A model generated the notes under the pieces. That model had not been told where the DNA came from, searched no databases, and saw only the letters and a list, made by a program, of their open reading frames with translations. This document shows positions 40,445-56,050 of a DNA stretch of 64,000 bases, one piece after another; position 1 is the first letter of the stretch, and the number at the start of each line of letters is the position of its first letter. The translations under genes and the position numbers were made by a program. Where the stretch lies: contig CP068257.2 of the NCBI GenBank assembly GCA_009914755.4, positions 13,728,001 through 13,792,000 on the forward strand, written 5' to 3'. The DNA comes from the human T2T-CHM13v2.0 reference genome, Homo sapiens.

Positions 40445-40645
40445 CATCAAGACAACTTTGATTCAAATCCTGGCATTGCCATTTACCAGCGGTTTGACTT
40501 TGGCTTTCTTATCCTGGAAGGACTTCAGCTTCCTCATCTATCAAACAGGGATAAAAAATATCTACCTCAGAGAACTTTCAGGGGAAAATAATGGCATAAA
40601 TTGCTAGCATTTGATAGACATTCAACAATAATAATAACAACTGTA
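40445..40645 (+). mobile_element. MIR SINE
   Basis: catcaagacaactttgattcaaatcctggcattgccatttaccagcggtttgactttggctttcttatcctggaaggacttcagcttcctcatctatcaaacagggataaaaaatatctacctcagagaactttcaggggaaaataatggcataaattgctagcatttgatagacattcaacaataataataac matches the MIR consensus including its 3' (..aataaatgttagctattattatt) end. It overlaps the 3' half of the 167-aa ORF at 40104-40607. Confidence 0.65.
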
Positions 40646-40742
40646 ATCACGAGTGGCTTTTATGTACATTCAGAGGATAGGGCCTACCCAGTGCCCACAC
40701 CTTGGCAACTTGAGGTCTGCTAAATGTCAGCCAACTTGTTGA

Positions 40743-41090
<348 letters not shown>

Positions 41091-41164
41091 TCAATTTTGT
41101 CTTCTACATTTTAATAGAAGGCATTTATGAATAGCTTTCTTATCAATTTAAACATTTTGAGTAG

Positions 41165-41925
41165 GTCAACCCCAAGGAGCTATTACTCCATACCCTTTAG
41201 GATGGCTATAATCAAAATAGCAGAAAACGACAAGTGTTGGTGAGGGTGTAGAGAAATTGGAACCCTCGTATATTGCTGGTAGAAATGTAAAAGGGGGTAG
41301 CTGTCATGGAAAATGGTTTGGAAGTTCCTCAGAAAGCTACATATGGAATTACCACATGACTCAGCAAGTCACTTCTACGTAAATAACCAAAATAATTGAA
41401 AACAGAGGCTCAAACAGGTACTCACATGCTAGTGTGTATTGAAGTACTATTCCCAACAGTCAAAAGGTGGGAACAACCCTAATGTCCATCTACAGATGAA
41501 TAGATAAAATGTTATATACATATGATAAAATATTATTTAGCCATAAAAAGGAATAAAATTTTGATACATGCTACAACATGGATGATACTTGAAGACATTA
41601 TGCTAAATGAAATTAGTCAGACACAAAGTGACAACTATTGTATGATTCCACTGATATGAAATCTCTAGAGTAGGCAGATTCATAGAAACAGAAAGTAGAT
41701 CAGAGGTTACCAGGGGATGAGGAGAGTGGAGAACAGAAAGTTATTGCTTAATGAATACAGAGTTTCTGTTTAGGTTGATGAAAATTTTTGGAAATCGAAA
41801 GTTGTGAGGGTTGCACAACATTGTGAATGTAATTAATGCCACTTAATTGTCAACTTAAAAGTAGTTACAGTGGCAAATTTTGTTATATATGTTTTACCAC
41901 AATAAAATGCTTTACAAAGTAAATA
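41165..41925 (+). mobile_element. L1 3'-end fragment (L1M/L1P-type ORF2 C-terminus + 3'UTR)
   Basis: ..gcagaaaacgacaagtgttggtgagggtgtagagaaattggaaccctcgtatattgctggtagaaatgtaaaagggggtagctgtcatggaaaatggtttggaagttcctcagaaagctacatatggaattaccacatgactcagcaa...ccctaatgtccatctacagatgaatagataaaatgttatatacatatgataaaatattatttagccataaaaaggaataaaattttgatacatgctacaacatggatgatacttgaagacattatgctaaatgaaattagtcagacacaaagtgacaactattgtatgattccactgatatgaaatctctagagtaggcagattcatagaaacagaaagtagatcagaggttaccaggggatgaggagagtggag...ggttgcacaacattgtgaatgtaattaatgccacttaattgtcaacttaaaagtagttacagtggcaaattttgttatatatgttttaccacaataaaa. Canonical L1 3' end. Confidence 0.88.
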
Positions 41926-44900
41926 AATATATGACCTCTTATTTTTAAAATGTTTTGAATAGTTACACATCCACATAGCTCAAAAATCAAAGCAGTATAC
42001 ATTGATAATTCTTACTCTTCTCTCCAATCTCATCAGTTTTGTTCCTTTCATCAGTTCCCACAGGTAACCCCTGTTATTAGTTTTTAATTTATATTTTAAG
42101 TATATCTTTATGCAAATAGAAAGCAAGACTAAATACAAATTTTTTGCCTCTTTCATGTATACATATATTAACACATATGTACTGTTCTATGTCTTTGTTT
42201 TTCCATTTAAAGATACATCCTAGAGATATTTCCAGTATATAAAGAGCTGCCGCTTTCTTTTGTACTACTGTATAATAGTCAATTGTGTGGATATACCATG
42301 GTTAATTTAACCAGTCCCTTAGTGAAGAAGTTTAAGTTGTTTTGAATTTTGATATTTACAGAACTCTGCAAGAAATAATTTTATATATTTGTCATTCATA
42401 TATGCAGGGTTTTTTTTATAGGATCAAGTCCTAAGATTGGAATTGCTGAAATCCAAGAACAATTGCATTTGTAAGTTTGATAGCTATTCCTAGTGCTCCT
42501 CCACAAGTCTTGAATCACCAGCAATGACATAACAAAATCTTCTTGTGTTAAAATTGTTTGGCCAATATCATTAGTAAAAAAATGACACCTGAGGATCTTT
42601 TCTATTTATATTGCCCTTATGAGTACAGCTTAGCATCTTTTCATATACTTAGAGATCACTTAGTTTTCTATTGATCTACAAGTTTTCCAAATCCTAAGGA
42701 ATGAATGTCAATGAAAGTGTTTGAGACTGGGACAGGTGGGAGGGAGATAACTGGGGGATTGGAGTCTGTCTCATTCTCCCCATTCTTATTCCCATGAAAC
42801 ACAATCTAGGTAGTTGTGTCTTCCTCAGGCAAAAGCTGCTTCTTAATATCCAGGAAAAGCCTGCTTTCTGCTGGAACTCAGTGAGGTTTTAGGGAGAAGG
42901 CAGTCTGCCTTCTGTGTGCAGAGGTTCACAATTAGTAAGAAAAGTGAACTGTGAGTCAATAAGCTTAATAAAATCACTTTGTCTAATGTCCTACCAACAT
43001 TTTCATGCAATTTCCAAAGAGCCACCTGTGAAAATCTTCTCAAGAAAGATGATCACCTGAGCTTGCAGATTTCATACTATATAGCTCTACAGAGTCTTGG
43101 GAGAAACCACAAAGCCATTCAATCATCCCCTTTGAGATGGGAATAAATAACAACAATGCCACATAAATAGCGTCAGTTGGCTGTGGGGGCAAGCTGTCAT
43201 TTCCAGGAGAGGGATGTGGTTTTCTACCCAAGGGTGCAGCATATGATCATATTAAAAAATTCCAAAGATAGCAGAATTCAAATGTGTCATTTTTGTCATT
43301 AAGCTGCCTGCAGGTGTTCCATTTAGATCAGATGACACATTTGCAAAAACCAGAAGGAAAAGAGTGGGCTTTTGCTTAATTCATTGAATCCCAGAAGAAA
43401 ATGAACACTTTTTTTTTCCCATGACAAACTGGAATTTGCCTCAGATGAGCTTGACATATTGCCAGCCTGCGGTCTGACTTTGTCTGAGAACATCACTGCA
43501 CTCCTCCAAAGTTGCCAGGATCAGAGGCCAAAAGGAAAAAGAATGGGGCTTTTCTAAGGCTGCTGGATGATATCTTCCCCACAATCCATCTTGATGTGTC
43601 ACTGCAAGTGTCCAGGGGACAAGGGTCAGAGAGAAAAACAAAAAGGGAGGCATTCTTGGGCCCAGAAATGACTTCTGATAAGAGGAAATAAGCAAGGGAC
43701 ATGATAGATTCAGGACACCTATAACCAACCTGAGGTGGACCAGAATTTCTAAGTTTTTAACCAAGAAATATTGATTTATGTATATTATGCTTTATGGCAC
43801 TTTAGAGCAATTTATAACACTTACATTAAGGAATGGATGGGCCGGGAGAAAAGCCAATATGGGCATGAAAAAAGATGAAGTGCTGTCAGGAATAGTGACT
43901 TTCAAGTATCAGGTGCAATTTCTTGCTTTTGCATTTTATCTGAACTATTTTAACATTAAACAAGAAAATGATTAGTGATTTTAAGTTACACAAACAAAAC
44001 AAAATGAGATAAATTGAACAGACCTAAAGGAATTCTTAAAACACACACACGCACACACACTCTCTCAACTGTTAAAGTCAGAAAACAAAAATAACACCCT
44101 TCTATATACACTTATTTTAAAAATGCATTTAAGTTGTGATATTATGTAAAATGAGGGGACCAAAGAGTATGGTATAAAATGTGTTTTTATTTCAAATATG
44201 AGTTGTGTTAATAAAAACAAACAAATGCAGCAAAATACTGTGGTTCTTTGCCAAGACAGTCACTTTTCTTTCCTAATACATTTTGATGAATCAGGAAAGA
44301 CCTCAGAGACGAGAGACACTTTCTTTGTACATGTCCCACAAGCACAGTTCCAGGATTTTGGCACTAAGTAAACAAATAAAAATATGCAACAGACATAAGA
44401 GATAATAGTAATGTGTATTGAGAAATATAATTTTATATAGTTGTTCCTTTTTCCCAAGATTCTTTATTAATATCACCAATAGTTATTACTAGAAAACACT
44501 TTCAGAGCTAGAAAGTTGCCAGAAACATTTCTAATTGACTACTGTTATAATTAATATTTTGAAATGCTGAGACATTTGCTAGGGTGGACAGCTCCTTCAA
44601 AACCCGGCCGTTATCTGACGAAAGAGCCTAGGCTCAAATAAGAATTAAACACAAGTTGGAAGTAAGGTGAGGCACAGTGGAATTTTTTTAGGATGGATAT
44701 AGTTTTCAATAACCTTAATTTGGAATTTTTCCTTTGGGATAATGACTTTGAGTCTATAGAAATATTGTATGCATTATAGACGAATTGATTTTTTAACTAA
44801 ATTCTGAAAGGCTTAAGTAAAATGATTTGATGATCAAGTCAGATGCATTTCTAAGGAAGTGAGGATCACATTAGACAGAAAGTTTGGGTTTGGTGTATAA

Positions 44901-47900
44901 TAATTGAAATAAAGACTCTGATAAGATGTATCAATGTCTTGTGTTTAATGATCTCAGGAAGTAGGAATGATATTAGCAGGCAATGTAACACTAGCATAGA
45001 GCACTGAAGACAAGATTAAATCTGACTTCATGTAGGTGAACAAAAAACATATGGAAAGCAAAAAGCTGAGTACAAGGATAAAGGAAAGAATATGAAGGAA
45101 TAAACCTCAATAGAAATTGGTTTAATTTAATTTGGGAAAAATCTGCTTCATAATAGGGAAATAAGTGGGACCAAGGAAGAATATATTTCCCAATCATCTG
45201 ACATCATGATCTTTCTCAGCCTAATATCTATGCTGAATTCATGTATTGATTTAGATCATACAATTTAGGCTGACCTTCAAAGTTTGGTCCTAATCTAATC
45301 CTCCAGTGATAGTTCCCCAAACTCCCCATCATTCCAAGCAATTCATTCTATGTATCCTCAAAACACACAAGGGACCTCCACATATAGTGGTATGTATTGA
45401 TTGGCTGAGTATTAGCTGATACTTGAACACTTCTTCCAGCATCAGCTTCCCACTTCCTCAGACCCTGGATCCTAGCACTCTATCACATTGTTTTAAGATC
45501 CCCTTTGTATTCAGGCAACCCTCTTGGGTGGAGGCTCTTTCAGGATGGCTCAAGAACAGCTTCATTTGCCCCATGGGGAAACTGAGCCTGTTATTGTAAG
45601 CGTAGCTCCCTTTCTAGGACTTGTGTCATCTTGCTGCACCATGAGGAAGGCAGCTTTAGTGACTTCTGTCACCTTTAAATTTCTCAAACTTGTGTCTGGC
45701 CCCATTCTTTATTTCTATGCATTTCCCTGGGCATAAGAACACAAGTCGAACTCTCTCTTCAAAGCTTAGACTTGGTTGGAGGAGGTGGGAGAATGGTGTT
45801 CAGCAACTATATATGGCAGAGGCTATGGGGTTATCCCTTTCTCCGCAACAATTCTCTTTTCCTGGTTGGCTCCCCATGCTGGCAGAACCAGTTTCACTCC
45901 CATAACATGTGCTTTGCAGGGAGTCTGCTCCTTCAGCTTACTTGGGGATGTGAAAGTCACCATTTACTCTCAGCCTTTGATGCCTCAGACAAAATTGAGT
46001 TTAATGTTATTTGAACATATTATTTTTATATAATATTAGAAGTAGAAAGACTCTTTGGAGTTCTCTAATGCATCTCTTTCCAAAAAAAAAATTTTATTAT
46101 GTTAGTCCTTCAACCTTGACTTAAGTATATTAATTGCAGTTGAGTTCATCACTTTGGAGATAGCCAGCTTTAGCAAAATACCGCACATGGCTAGATTTTC
46201 CTTATATTAAGATACCATTTTTTGCTATAATTTTGCCTTATCTATTTTAGTTCTGTCCTCAAGAGCAAACACAGAATTTTTGGCATAAGATTGTCTCAGA
46301 ACATACTGCTGTGTAAAGGTGGCTGAGTAGTCAGCTGGGAGAAAATGGCAGGAATGGGAAGAAGTGACTTTAACTGAATCCAGGGGAAGATAATGGCCAA
46401 GAATCAGAATCAGATGCAAACACAGATATGGCAAAGACTACCCATTTGCAAGCAGGAATTAGGGATGAAAGGAAGATTAATTTTTTGTGAGTATGTTTGT
46501 ATGTATTAATGGACTGCTTAGTTCAGTGTCAATAACATGTGAATGTAGCTGTGGATATAGAGATAGGAGGCCATAGTAGCAGCACATCTAATGGAAGTCT
46601 TCAAAAATGAGTTAGGTTGACTTACAGCATTATGTACTTGGGTTGGAGAGGGGATACACATAGCTCAAAAAGTTAAAAACAAATCAGTTAAAATATTTTA
46701 TATGGCAATGTTTCTTTAGGCATTTAATGAATAATCACATCTTCCTCTAACAAAAATTAAAAAAGGAGCTTAAGGGGGCTGACCTGGACATAATGGTGGG
46801 GTGTGAGTGACAGTCAGCATTCTGGAAAGCCAAAACATTTAGGGAAACAGCCCTGCTGTGATCCCAAGAGTATAGCAGGCGGTTGAGGTTAAAAACCAAT
46901 TAATGAGGTTCAAATGGAGTGCTAAATAGCAAGAGGATTTAAAGCCAAATTTGGGGAGCTGGAACAGCCAGAAGATTGAGGAGCTGGAAATAACAGGTCA
47001 GGTGGCAAAGCCTGAGAGTGTTAGGCAAATATTTGAGATGAGTTCGTTATTTATAATTTGATTCCATGCTCTTTGCACCATGATGTGTGAGTGAACCAGT
47101 TAGATTTAAAGGGCTGTGGATGGAGCTCAGTGATGAACTGGCTTCACTGGGTCATTTCATTCACCTGTGGCTTGAAGTTATAGGGACAGAAAATGTGTAA
47201 AATTGGAGGGAGTAACCCCATTGTCCTTGATATATATGATGCTTTCCTGGTTGGTTGCTCCTACTTGGTGAAGACATAAAATGCCTTGAAACCTGATCTA
47301 ATCCCTCAAAGTCTGAATTTCTAGGTCTGCTTCAGCTCTCGTAAGAAGCAGCAGTCTAGGTGGCCAAAAGTAGTCTTGATCATTAAAAGTCCAGCTCTAA
47401 CATTAGTCAACTGACTTTCCCCAGTATTATTTCCTGAAGACATCAATCCTGGAAAGGGATTCCCTACTTCCTTTAAAATGAGAAGCCTTTGTTTATGTAA
47501 GGTAGAGTACACTGGCACCACAGTAAATATCAACCCAGTTTTTAAATGCCAGAAGTTTACAGATGTGACTGGGACTGGGGAAGCACTTCCCTTTCCCAAG
47601 GAGATTGTTTCTATCATCAAGGTAGAAAAATGAAGAACAAGTTAGGAGTAATCAACAGTGGACCCCAAAAATTACTGCATATTTCTAATCATCTTCAGGG
47701 ACATTTCACCAATATTTAGTCCAGTATTATGCCCTTGTGTTGGCAGGACAAAATATGGCCTAGGAATTCCATTCAGGTTCTTAAACACACATTTCTTAGG
47801 ACTGGGTCTGGGGTGATGCTCTTGCTTGTGTCTGAGGTTCTTGTAAGGCTAGATTCATTAAACAGATCAGGATTTTTGTCTAGACAAGTGATGATGAGCC

Positions 47901-50900
47901 CTTGCTCTAAGGCACCTTGCAGGAGGAAGGACACCAGCCTAATGGCATTCAGAGTTGTTAAGGGATGTCTGGGTGTCTGCCTGCCTTCCATCTGATGCCC
48001 TTTCAGATCCAGACAAGGTTGTAGGTGCCCCGAATACCCAATAATTCATTCACCAGAGAAGCAAGAAGAGGCCATAGCACCTGGATAATGAGTCTTGCTT
48101 AGCTTGGTCTAAGGGAATGGGGAAGATAGGAAGAAGAAAAGTTCTCCTTCAGGAAGGTAATGATTTTTGTGGGGAAATCGTAACCAGTACCATGTGGCCC
48201 AGGCAGGGTCCAAAGATGGTTAGTCTGAGTGTGGCAGTCTGGGCTCAGGTCACTGAGGGAGGATGGCTGCTTTGAAGCAGTGGGGCTTGTGTGTAACCGG
48301 TGCATAGATGGCTGATGGCAGAGGTGAGGAATGACTTTGGGGTGAGCAGAGAGAAAGCATCTGAAAGGTGGAGGAGCATCCCACCAGTTTCAAACAGTGG
48401 GGGTCTAGCACACGACTGTAGCTGCCAAGGAGGCTGAAAGTGATAGCGAGAGTTCTGCATGAGCCCCTCAGTACAGAAGAGAACTGACGAAGGAACCGGG
48501 ACTCCAGCAGCAACACTGCTGGAGGTCACAGCAACCAGAGAGGACAGTGGCCTTTTACCATCGGGAGTTATCTCAGTTCTTTTTTTTTTTTTTTTTCTGT
48601 ATATAAACTTCCATGCTATTAGCAGGTGGATATGTTTCATTAAAAAAAAAATAGTGCTTAACCTAAGCTTATTAGTTATCTGTCTTGTTGGAACACTTAG
48701 TTTATATACAGGATTTTTTCCATGCCTCCCTCAATAGTCCTACTTGCTTCTCTGTTTTCTCACCTTTGTACTCGGAGATTCATTTTAGGCAAGATTTCAG
48801 TTTGCGTGAAAGAATGCCAATCTCTGTCTTCTTCGCCAAGGGAAGCCTGGCCAAATTGCTATCAGTTTTGAAAAACCAAAGATAAATGTATGTGTCTTAA
48901 AGGTCTAATTGTATCATTTCCCTCTTTATACTTTGATTACTTTGACAGATGGGACCTTCACAATATATTCATTGTTCAGCTGGAAACCCTGGGAAGCAGT
49001 AATCTGAGCTCCTTGTCCTGAGGCCACTTGGTGGCCATCTCCATCCAATGTTGTCTGTGGACCCCAACAGAGGGGTAGGTAAAGAGTTATTAAGTCACTT
49101 GAAATTGCTTTTCGTGCACTGAAAAGTGGTTGGGCCATTTCAGGCCATAGCAGTGTGGCAGAATGCCCAACTGCCTACGTCAAGCAGTGTTTATAAATTA
49201 GAAATTACCAGCCATTTGGTTCTTTGCTGATCAGTCAGAGTCCCTGGAAGACTGTGCCGACGTGCCTGGGGCAGAGTTGTTACTGGACCAAACAAAGCAT
49301 AGCTCTTGGTTAATCAGTCATGATTTGTCTACCTGGCGGTGTAGATTGGAATATTTGGAAGAGATTTGGAAATATACATCTTTTCAATTGCAGTGCTATG
49401 TGGCTAATTATTCCAGCTAAAAGCAACAACTAAAACGGTTTTTTGTTAGTTTTCTTGCCTAGCATAGAAAACTGGCTATAAAATTCAATTCAGTATAATT
49501 TGCTCTAGATGTATTTCACTCAACTAGTTAACAAAGGTTTATTAACAGGAGGTACCGTGTGTCACACATGAAGCATGATAAGACTAGTCCTCCCACACCA
49601 TTTTTTTCTTGAGTCACTACATGAAGCTATATTAGTCATTTAATATATTAAAGGATTCACTTCACAACTCTAGGAGGAAGGTATGGCTAATGACCCCATT
49701 TTGCAGCTGAACAAACTGAATTTCAGAGAATTAAGCAAGTTTCCTAAGGGCCCCACAGCTAGAAAACCATGGAGCTGTAATCATGAATGCAGCAGACTGA
49801 AATCATTCTTGCCTTTTAGTTGGTGACCTCAACCACCCCAGAATCTCCTTAGAGTTTCTGATAATCTCCTGACCAGGTCCAGGTGATCCCTACAATGCTC
49901 ATCTTTTCCTTTCTGGGCAGCCTGGAGCAATTCTCAGCCTGTAGTAATTATTGCTGACCAGCTGACTCCTATCCCCAGACCAGCCCAGCAACCCCCTGCC
50001 AGTCCCCCTCAAAAGCCATAGTCCAGGCTGAGGTCAGGCCACCTTTCTTAGTTCCTGTCTCTTGAAAATCAGTCCTGCCATGACTTGGCTGCCCACTTCA
50101 CAGAACGATGGCAGGCCACGATCATTGCTTTAGGGTACTTGGAGACTGGGAAGAATAAAATGAGAGGAGAGAAAATGTTTGGACCAAAGGAAAAATGGAT
50201 AGAACGAAACAGTAAAATAGACTTGAAATTAAATGCACCCAATTGAACATATATGCTTATCTCCCAAAATCCCCCAAATGGTAAGAACATAGAGACAAAG
50301 AGCAGACAAAACAGCAGATGAGTCATCACCAAATGGTAACTCACACAGATTTGAACTTTCTGGGAATGTACACGCCTAATGAAAAGAAGCCAAAAACAGA
50401 CCACAAAACCTTGAAAACACTCAGGGACTAGAAGCACCAGGTAGCTCAGAAAGAGGAGTGTGGGAGGCTGCTGACCCAGATGAATGGAATGAAACATTGT
50501 AGGGAACAGTTATATCCTCAGATGCCTTCTCTCATCCCACAAAGCTGAGCAGCTGTCCGTCCTTGACTCTGGGAGAAAGGCGTTATCATCAAGATTTCCA
50601 TAAGTGGACAGAAGACACACTGACCATGAAAGGAAGGCCAGCACTGGGTGATCATTTTCATTCTAAATGGTGAGACATCTGATCCACTCTTTCTCTTTCC
50701 TTCCCCTGGAAGATTCAGATTGAAGGATGCTAGCTTTATATCCTGACTGGCAGGAGAATGGAGGACCAACTTTAGCAGAATTTATTAGTCCTAGAGAAAA
50801 CAGTTGCAGACAACAAGGCTGGTCTCTCGTAGCTTACTACCAGTTCTCAAAGCCATACTCTGAAGTGGAGTAACATCCAATTATTTGAGACATGCGGCTA

Positions 50901-53900
50901 TTATTAAATAAAAAATCCAAAACAGAAAAAAATGAACTTACATGAAACAGGATAAATGAAAAAATAAACTTTAAAACTTTAATTAATTTAATCAGATAGT
51001 TAAGAAGTTGCATTTTTTAAACAACAGAAGATAATTTAGGACATCTCTTGAGTAGGAGGATAACTATTCAAAAGAAACTGAAATTGAAAATAAGTGAGAA
51101 AAGGTAAGAAAATTAGAGAGTCAAATCTGATATCCAACAGACAGATCGTAGGAGCACTATAAATTGAGAAGATAGAAAATGAAGGGTAGGAAATAGGAAA
51201 TAATAAAAGAAAATTTTATAGCACTCCAGACACGAGTTTTAAGATAGTTCTTGCATATAGCTAGAGCTTGATAAATGTCTGCAGCACAAATTCTAAAGAG
51301 TTTACTTGCAGGCATTGCAGTGAATGAAAAGAATCCTCAGTGGGAAAGCCTGAGACAATGAGAGTACCTTAAAAGCTTGCAGAGAAAGATTAGCATTAAA
51401 ATGGCTTCGGAATTACTGATAGCCTCCCTGGAAGCTAGAATTCAGTGGAGAAAACCTGTGAAATTTGAGGGAACATAATTAACAACACAAAATCCTATAT
51501 CAATCCAAATTATAAATCAATTATGTGGGTAAAATAAAGACATCTTTAGACATGCAGAAAAATTTCAAAACAATCATCCATCCCTCCGCCTATTCCCAGG
51601 CATGCTGACTTTCCTGGGAGGATACTGATGTATGTGTTCCCAAAATCAAAGCCTCCAAATCAAAAAAGACAAATGATTCAGGAACTGGGACCCAACAGGG
51701 AAGAAAAGCTAAGGGAATTCCCAGGATGAAGATGAAGGAAAGTCCCAGGAAAATAACTACACTGAGGCCAGCAGAGCAATCAGTTCAGATCAGAATAGAA
51801 ACCAGATGGTTCCAGGAGGGGTATCACCAAGAAAACCATAAAACCAGTCTGAATGACTACATTTATAAGGCTTACAGTTCAGTCAGACAGATTATAGACA
51901 CATTAATTATAGACACAAGCAAATAAATGAGGCAATTATTAAATCCAGGAAAAATAAAAAGTTATACAAGAAAAGAAATATTAGCATGTTTTCTACAAGA
52001 CTTGATATAAACAAAAATCTAACTTAAACATAACCACGCAGACACCAAATCTTGACTTTAAGATGTACCAAGGAACTACCATGGAAGGATAAAGTATGTG
52101 TGTTAGCATTGGCGTAAGACAGCTAAATCCTAGTCTTTGTTAGAAGGAAGTAAAAAGACAACTTACAAAATTGAAAAAGCTCTAAAAGCAATAGATGCAT
52201 TTTATTTGGAAACATGAAGTTAAAGGGCAGAAGAGACAAGCAAGCAAAGCAATAAAAAATGACCAATCTGAGGCACAGGACTAGTGGGTAAGAAGTTTGG
52301 AGTAAGGCACTATTCTTTTTACTTAAAGGAGTTGTGTCACTTGGCTTTCTAAACAAGGCCCATAATTGGAAATAAAAGACAAGGAAGAAAGACAAAAAAG
52401 AAAAAAAGAACAAGAGAGGAAGAGGCAGGGACGGAGAGAGAAAGGTGAAGGAATGGAAAGGGAGGGAAGGAATATAACATATCACTAGAAAAGTATTCAG
52501 TGAACTGGTACTGGATGCTTTGCGTTCTCAGTGGATGAAGGAACGGCTATGCCAGGACAATCAGGGCAGGATCTTATAAAGGAGGTGAAACTGAAAGGAC
52601 AGGTATGGTTTAGACAAGTGGTGAGGACTGTGGAGGGGAGGGTTTATGTAACCCAAAGGCACCATATGAAGTAGTCACTAAGGTAGGTTTACAGGCAGTG
52701 TGTTTAAGGCCTCTAGGAGTCCATAGAATGATACCTTTGCTGGGGCCCAGTCCTCCAAAGTATGGCACTGCAGCATGCTGAGCACTTTGAACTACAGGAA
52801 ATTAAAAGGCCTTAGAAGCAGACTCAGAAACAGGGACTTTCTGATCTTCTCGTTTCTCCTCCTCACCAAGGACAGATAGATAGAAAGTATATCTATTACA
52901 GAGAGAGCTTCTCTCTGGAAGTTCTCTAGTATGGCTGTAGAAACTTCTTCCAAAAGAAACGCAATTATCTTAAAACCCCCTCCCTAGGAATCTCATCAAA
53001 TAAGCAAAGAAGATTAAGCGCAGAGAAAAGACAATGCTGTCACCATGCCCATGCCAAACACTTTTCATCTATTCTTCTGAGACTAGCTCTGAGAAGTTAC
53101 CTGGGAGATTTTACCTATGTAAGAAGACAACCTTTGCTCACTGTGGAGTTCTGTCCCTCACTTTTCTGCAATTTGTTGGAACATCCTTCAGAGATCAGAG
53201 AAGCTTTGTTCTAGGACATTGGCTGTTCTTGGGACTCATTCAATCTCCCTGAAAGTCACTTACTACCCCTTAAAATTACCTACATTTCTCATTTCTCTCT
53301 TCCCTATGAAGAGAGTATTTAAGCTTCAACCACCTTGCCCTTCTTTGAGTTTCATATTTTGTATGGTTCCCGTAAACACTTACATGTTAATAAATTTGTG
53401 TGCTTTTCCTCTTGTAAATCCATTGTCAGTTTATTTTAGCAGACTTGAAACTTCAGAGGGGGAGGAAAAAATTCCCATCATCCCTACAACTTCGTTTGAA
53501 ATGAAAAGACATCTCTAAGATTTGGTAGTTTTTTAAGCTGGGTAATGGTATAGGGCAGCTCTATCTTTACGATGTTAAAATTTTGCTAGTTAAAAAAACA
53601 AAAAACTAAATGGTACATTCTTGAAGTAGATGCAGGCCCACCCCATAGGCAAAAGACTTGTGAACAGATGATGGGCATGTGCAGATTTGAATGGTATCGC
53701 TTCTTCCTGGGGGACATAATACCATTTGCCAGGACACATGAGTTGGTAAGCAGAGTGTGAGCAGAATTTCAGTCTTCTCTTAATCCCTTGGCGGAGTAAT
53801 CTCAAAGTCCCTGTTTTGGGTCCGTGATTCATGCCCTCCTGAGCCTGACCGTGGAAGGATCAGAAAGCATAGCCAGCGAGTAAGCAACAACGGGGATGTA

Positions 53901-54661
53901 TCTGCCCATTCCCTTCCTGCTACGAGCTTTCGGACATAACACAGAATTGAGCTGTCAGAGAAGAGGAGGACTAAATAGGCATGGGTCTGGAGTTCTGATT
54001 ATGACTCTGTACTAGATATTTCAGTTGATAAAATGAGATCTTATTTGTAACTCAGAGTGACTGGATGAATTTTTATTGTGTGAATTCTTGAGATTTAATC
54101 CAAGCAGTAGGAAAAGACGAGTTTGCAGGCAGGTTTAAGTGGGCAAATGGGCACTGAACACAAAATCAAAGTTATTTTCTGTGTCTAGCTGGTGCATTAA
54201 AATAATTGTGAAATGATTCTATTATGTTAATGAAAGTGTATCTATTACTATCAGTTAGATCGAAAACAGATAAATCAGACACTGTCTATTACTGTATCTG
54301 CTAGACATTATGCCTTAATACTTCAATATTAGCCAGAGTAATAGTTCCACAATCCCACATGCCTAGAGAGCAATTCAGAAGAGGCTACAAAAATTTAACA
54401 TGATAAATAGTGAATGTCAAATAATTTTGTAATGGTATCAAATCACTTTGACAGACTTAACTTTATTTTGAGTTTATCTCAATCTAGTTTCACTTAAGTT
54501 GAAAAGTAGTTTGTTTTCTACATTGGGATGTTTCAAATACATATATACATGCATTTTTAGAATACCTGTAGTTTCAAAAATACCTCAGAAACGGAATGAG
54601 CTTTGGAATTTCCATCACCTTCTGACAATGGTGCATAGAACCCTGTATGGTTTTCGTTTTT

Positions 54662-56050
<1,389 letters not shown>

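Noticed and set aside
48571-48650. T17 and A10 runs ~50 bp apart that might suggest an inverted Alu pair or a hairpin
   Set aside because: No Alu body lies between or beside them. They are simple homopolymer runs in unique sequence. Likewise the T23 run at 62950-62972 has no adjacent SINE body.
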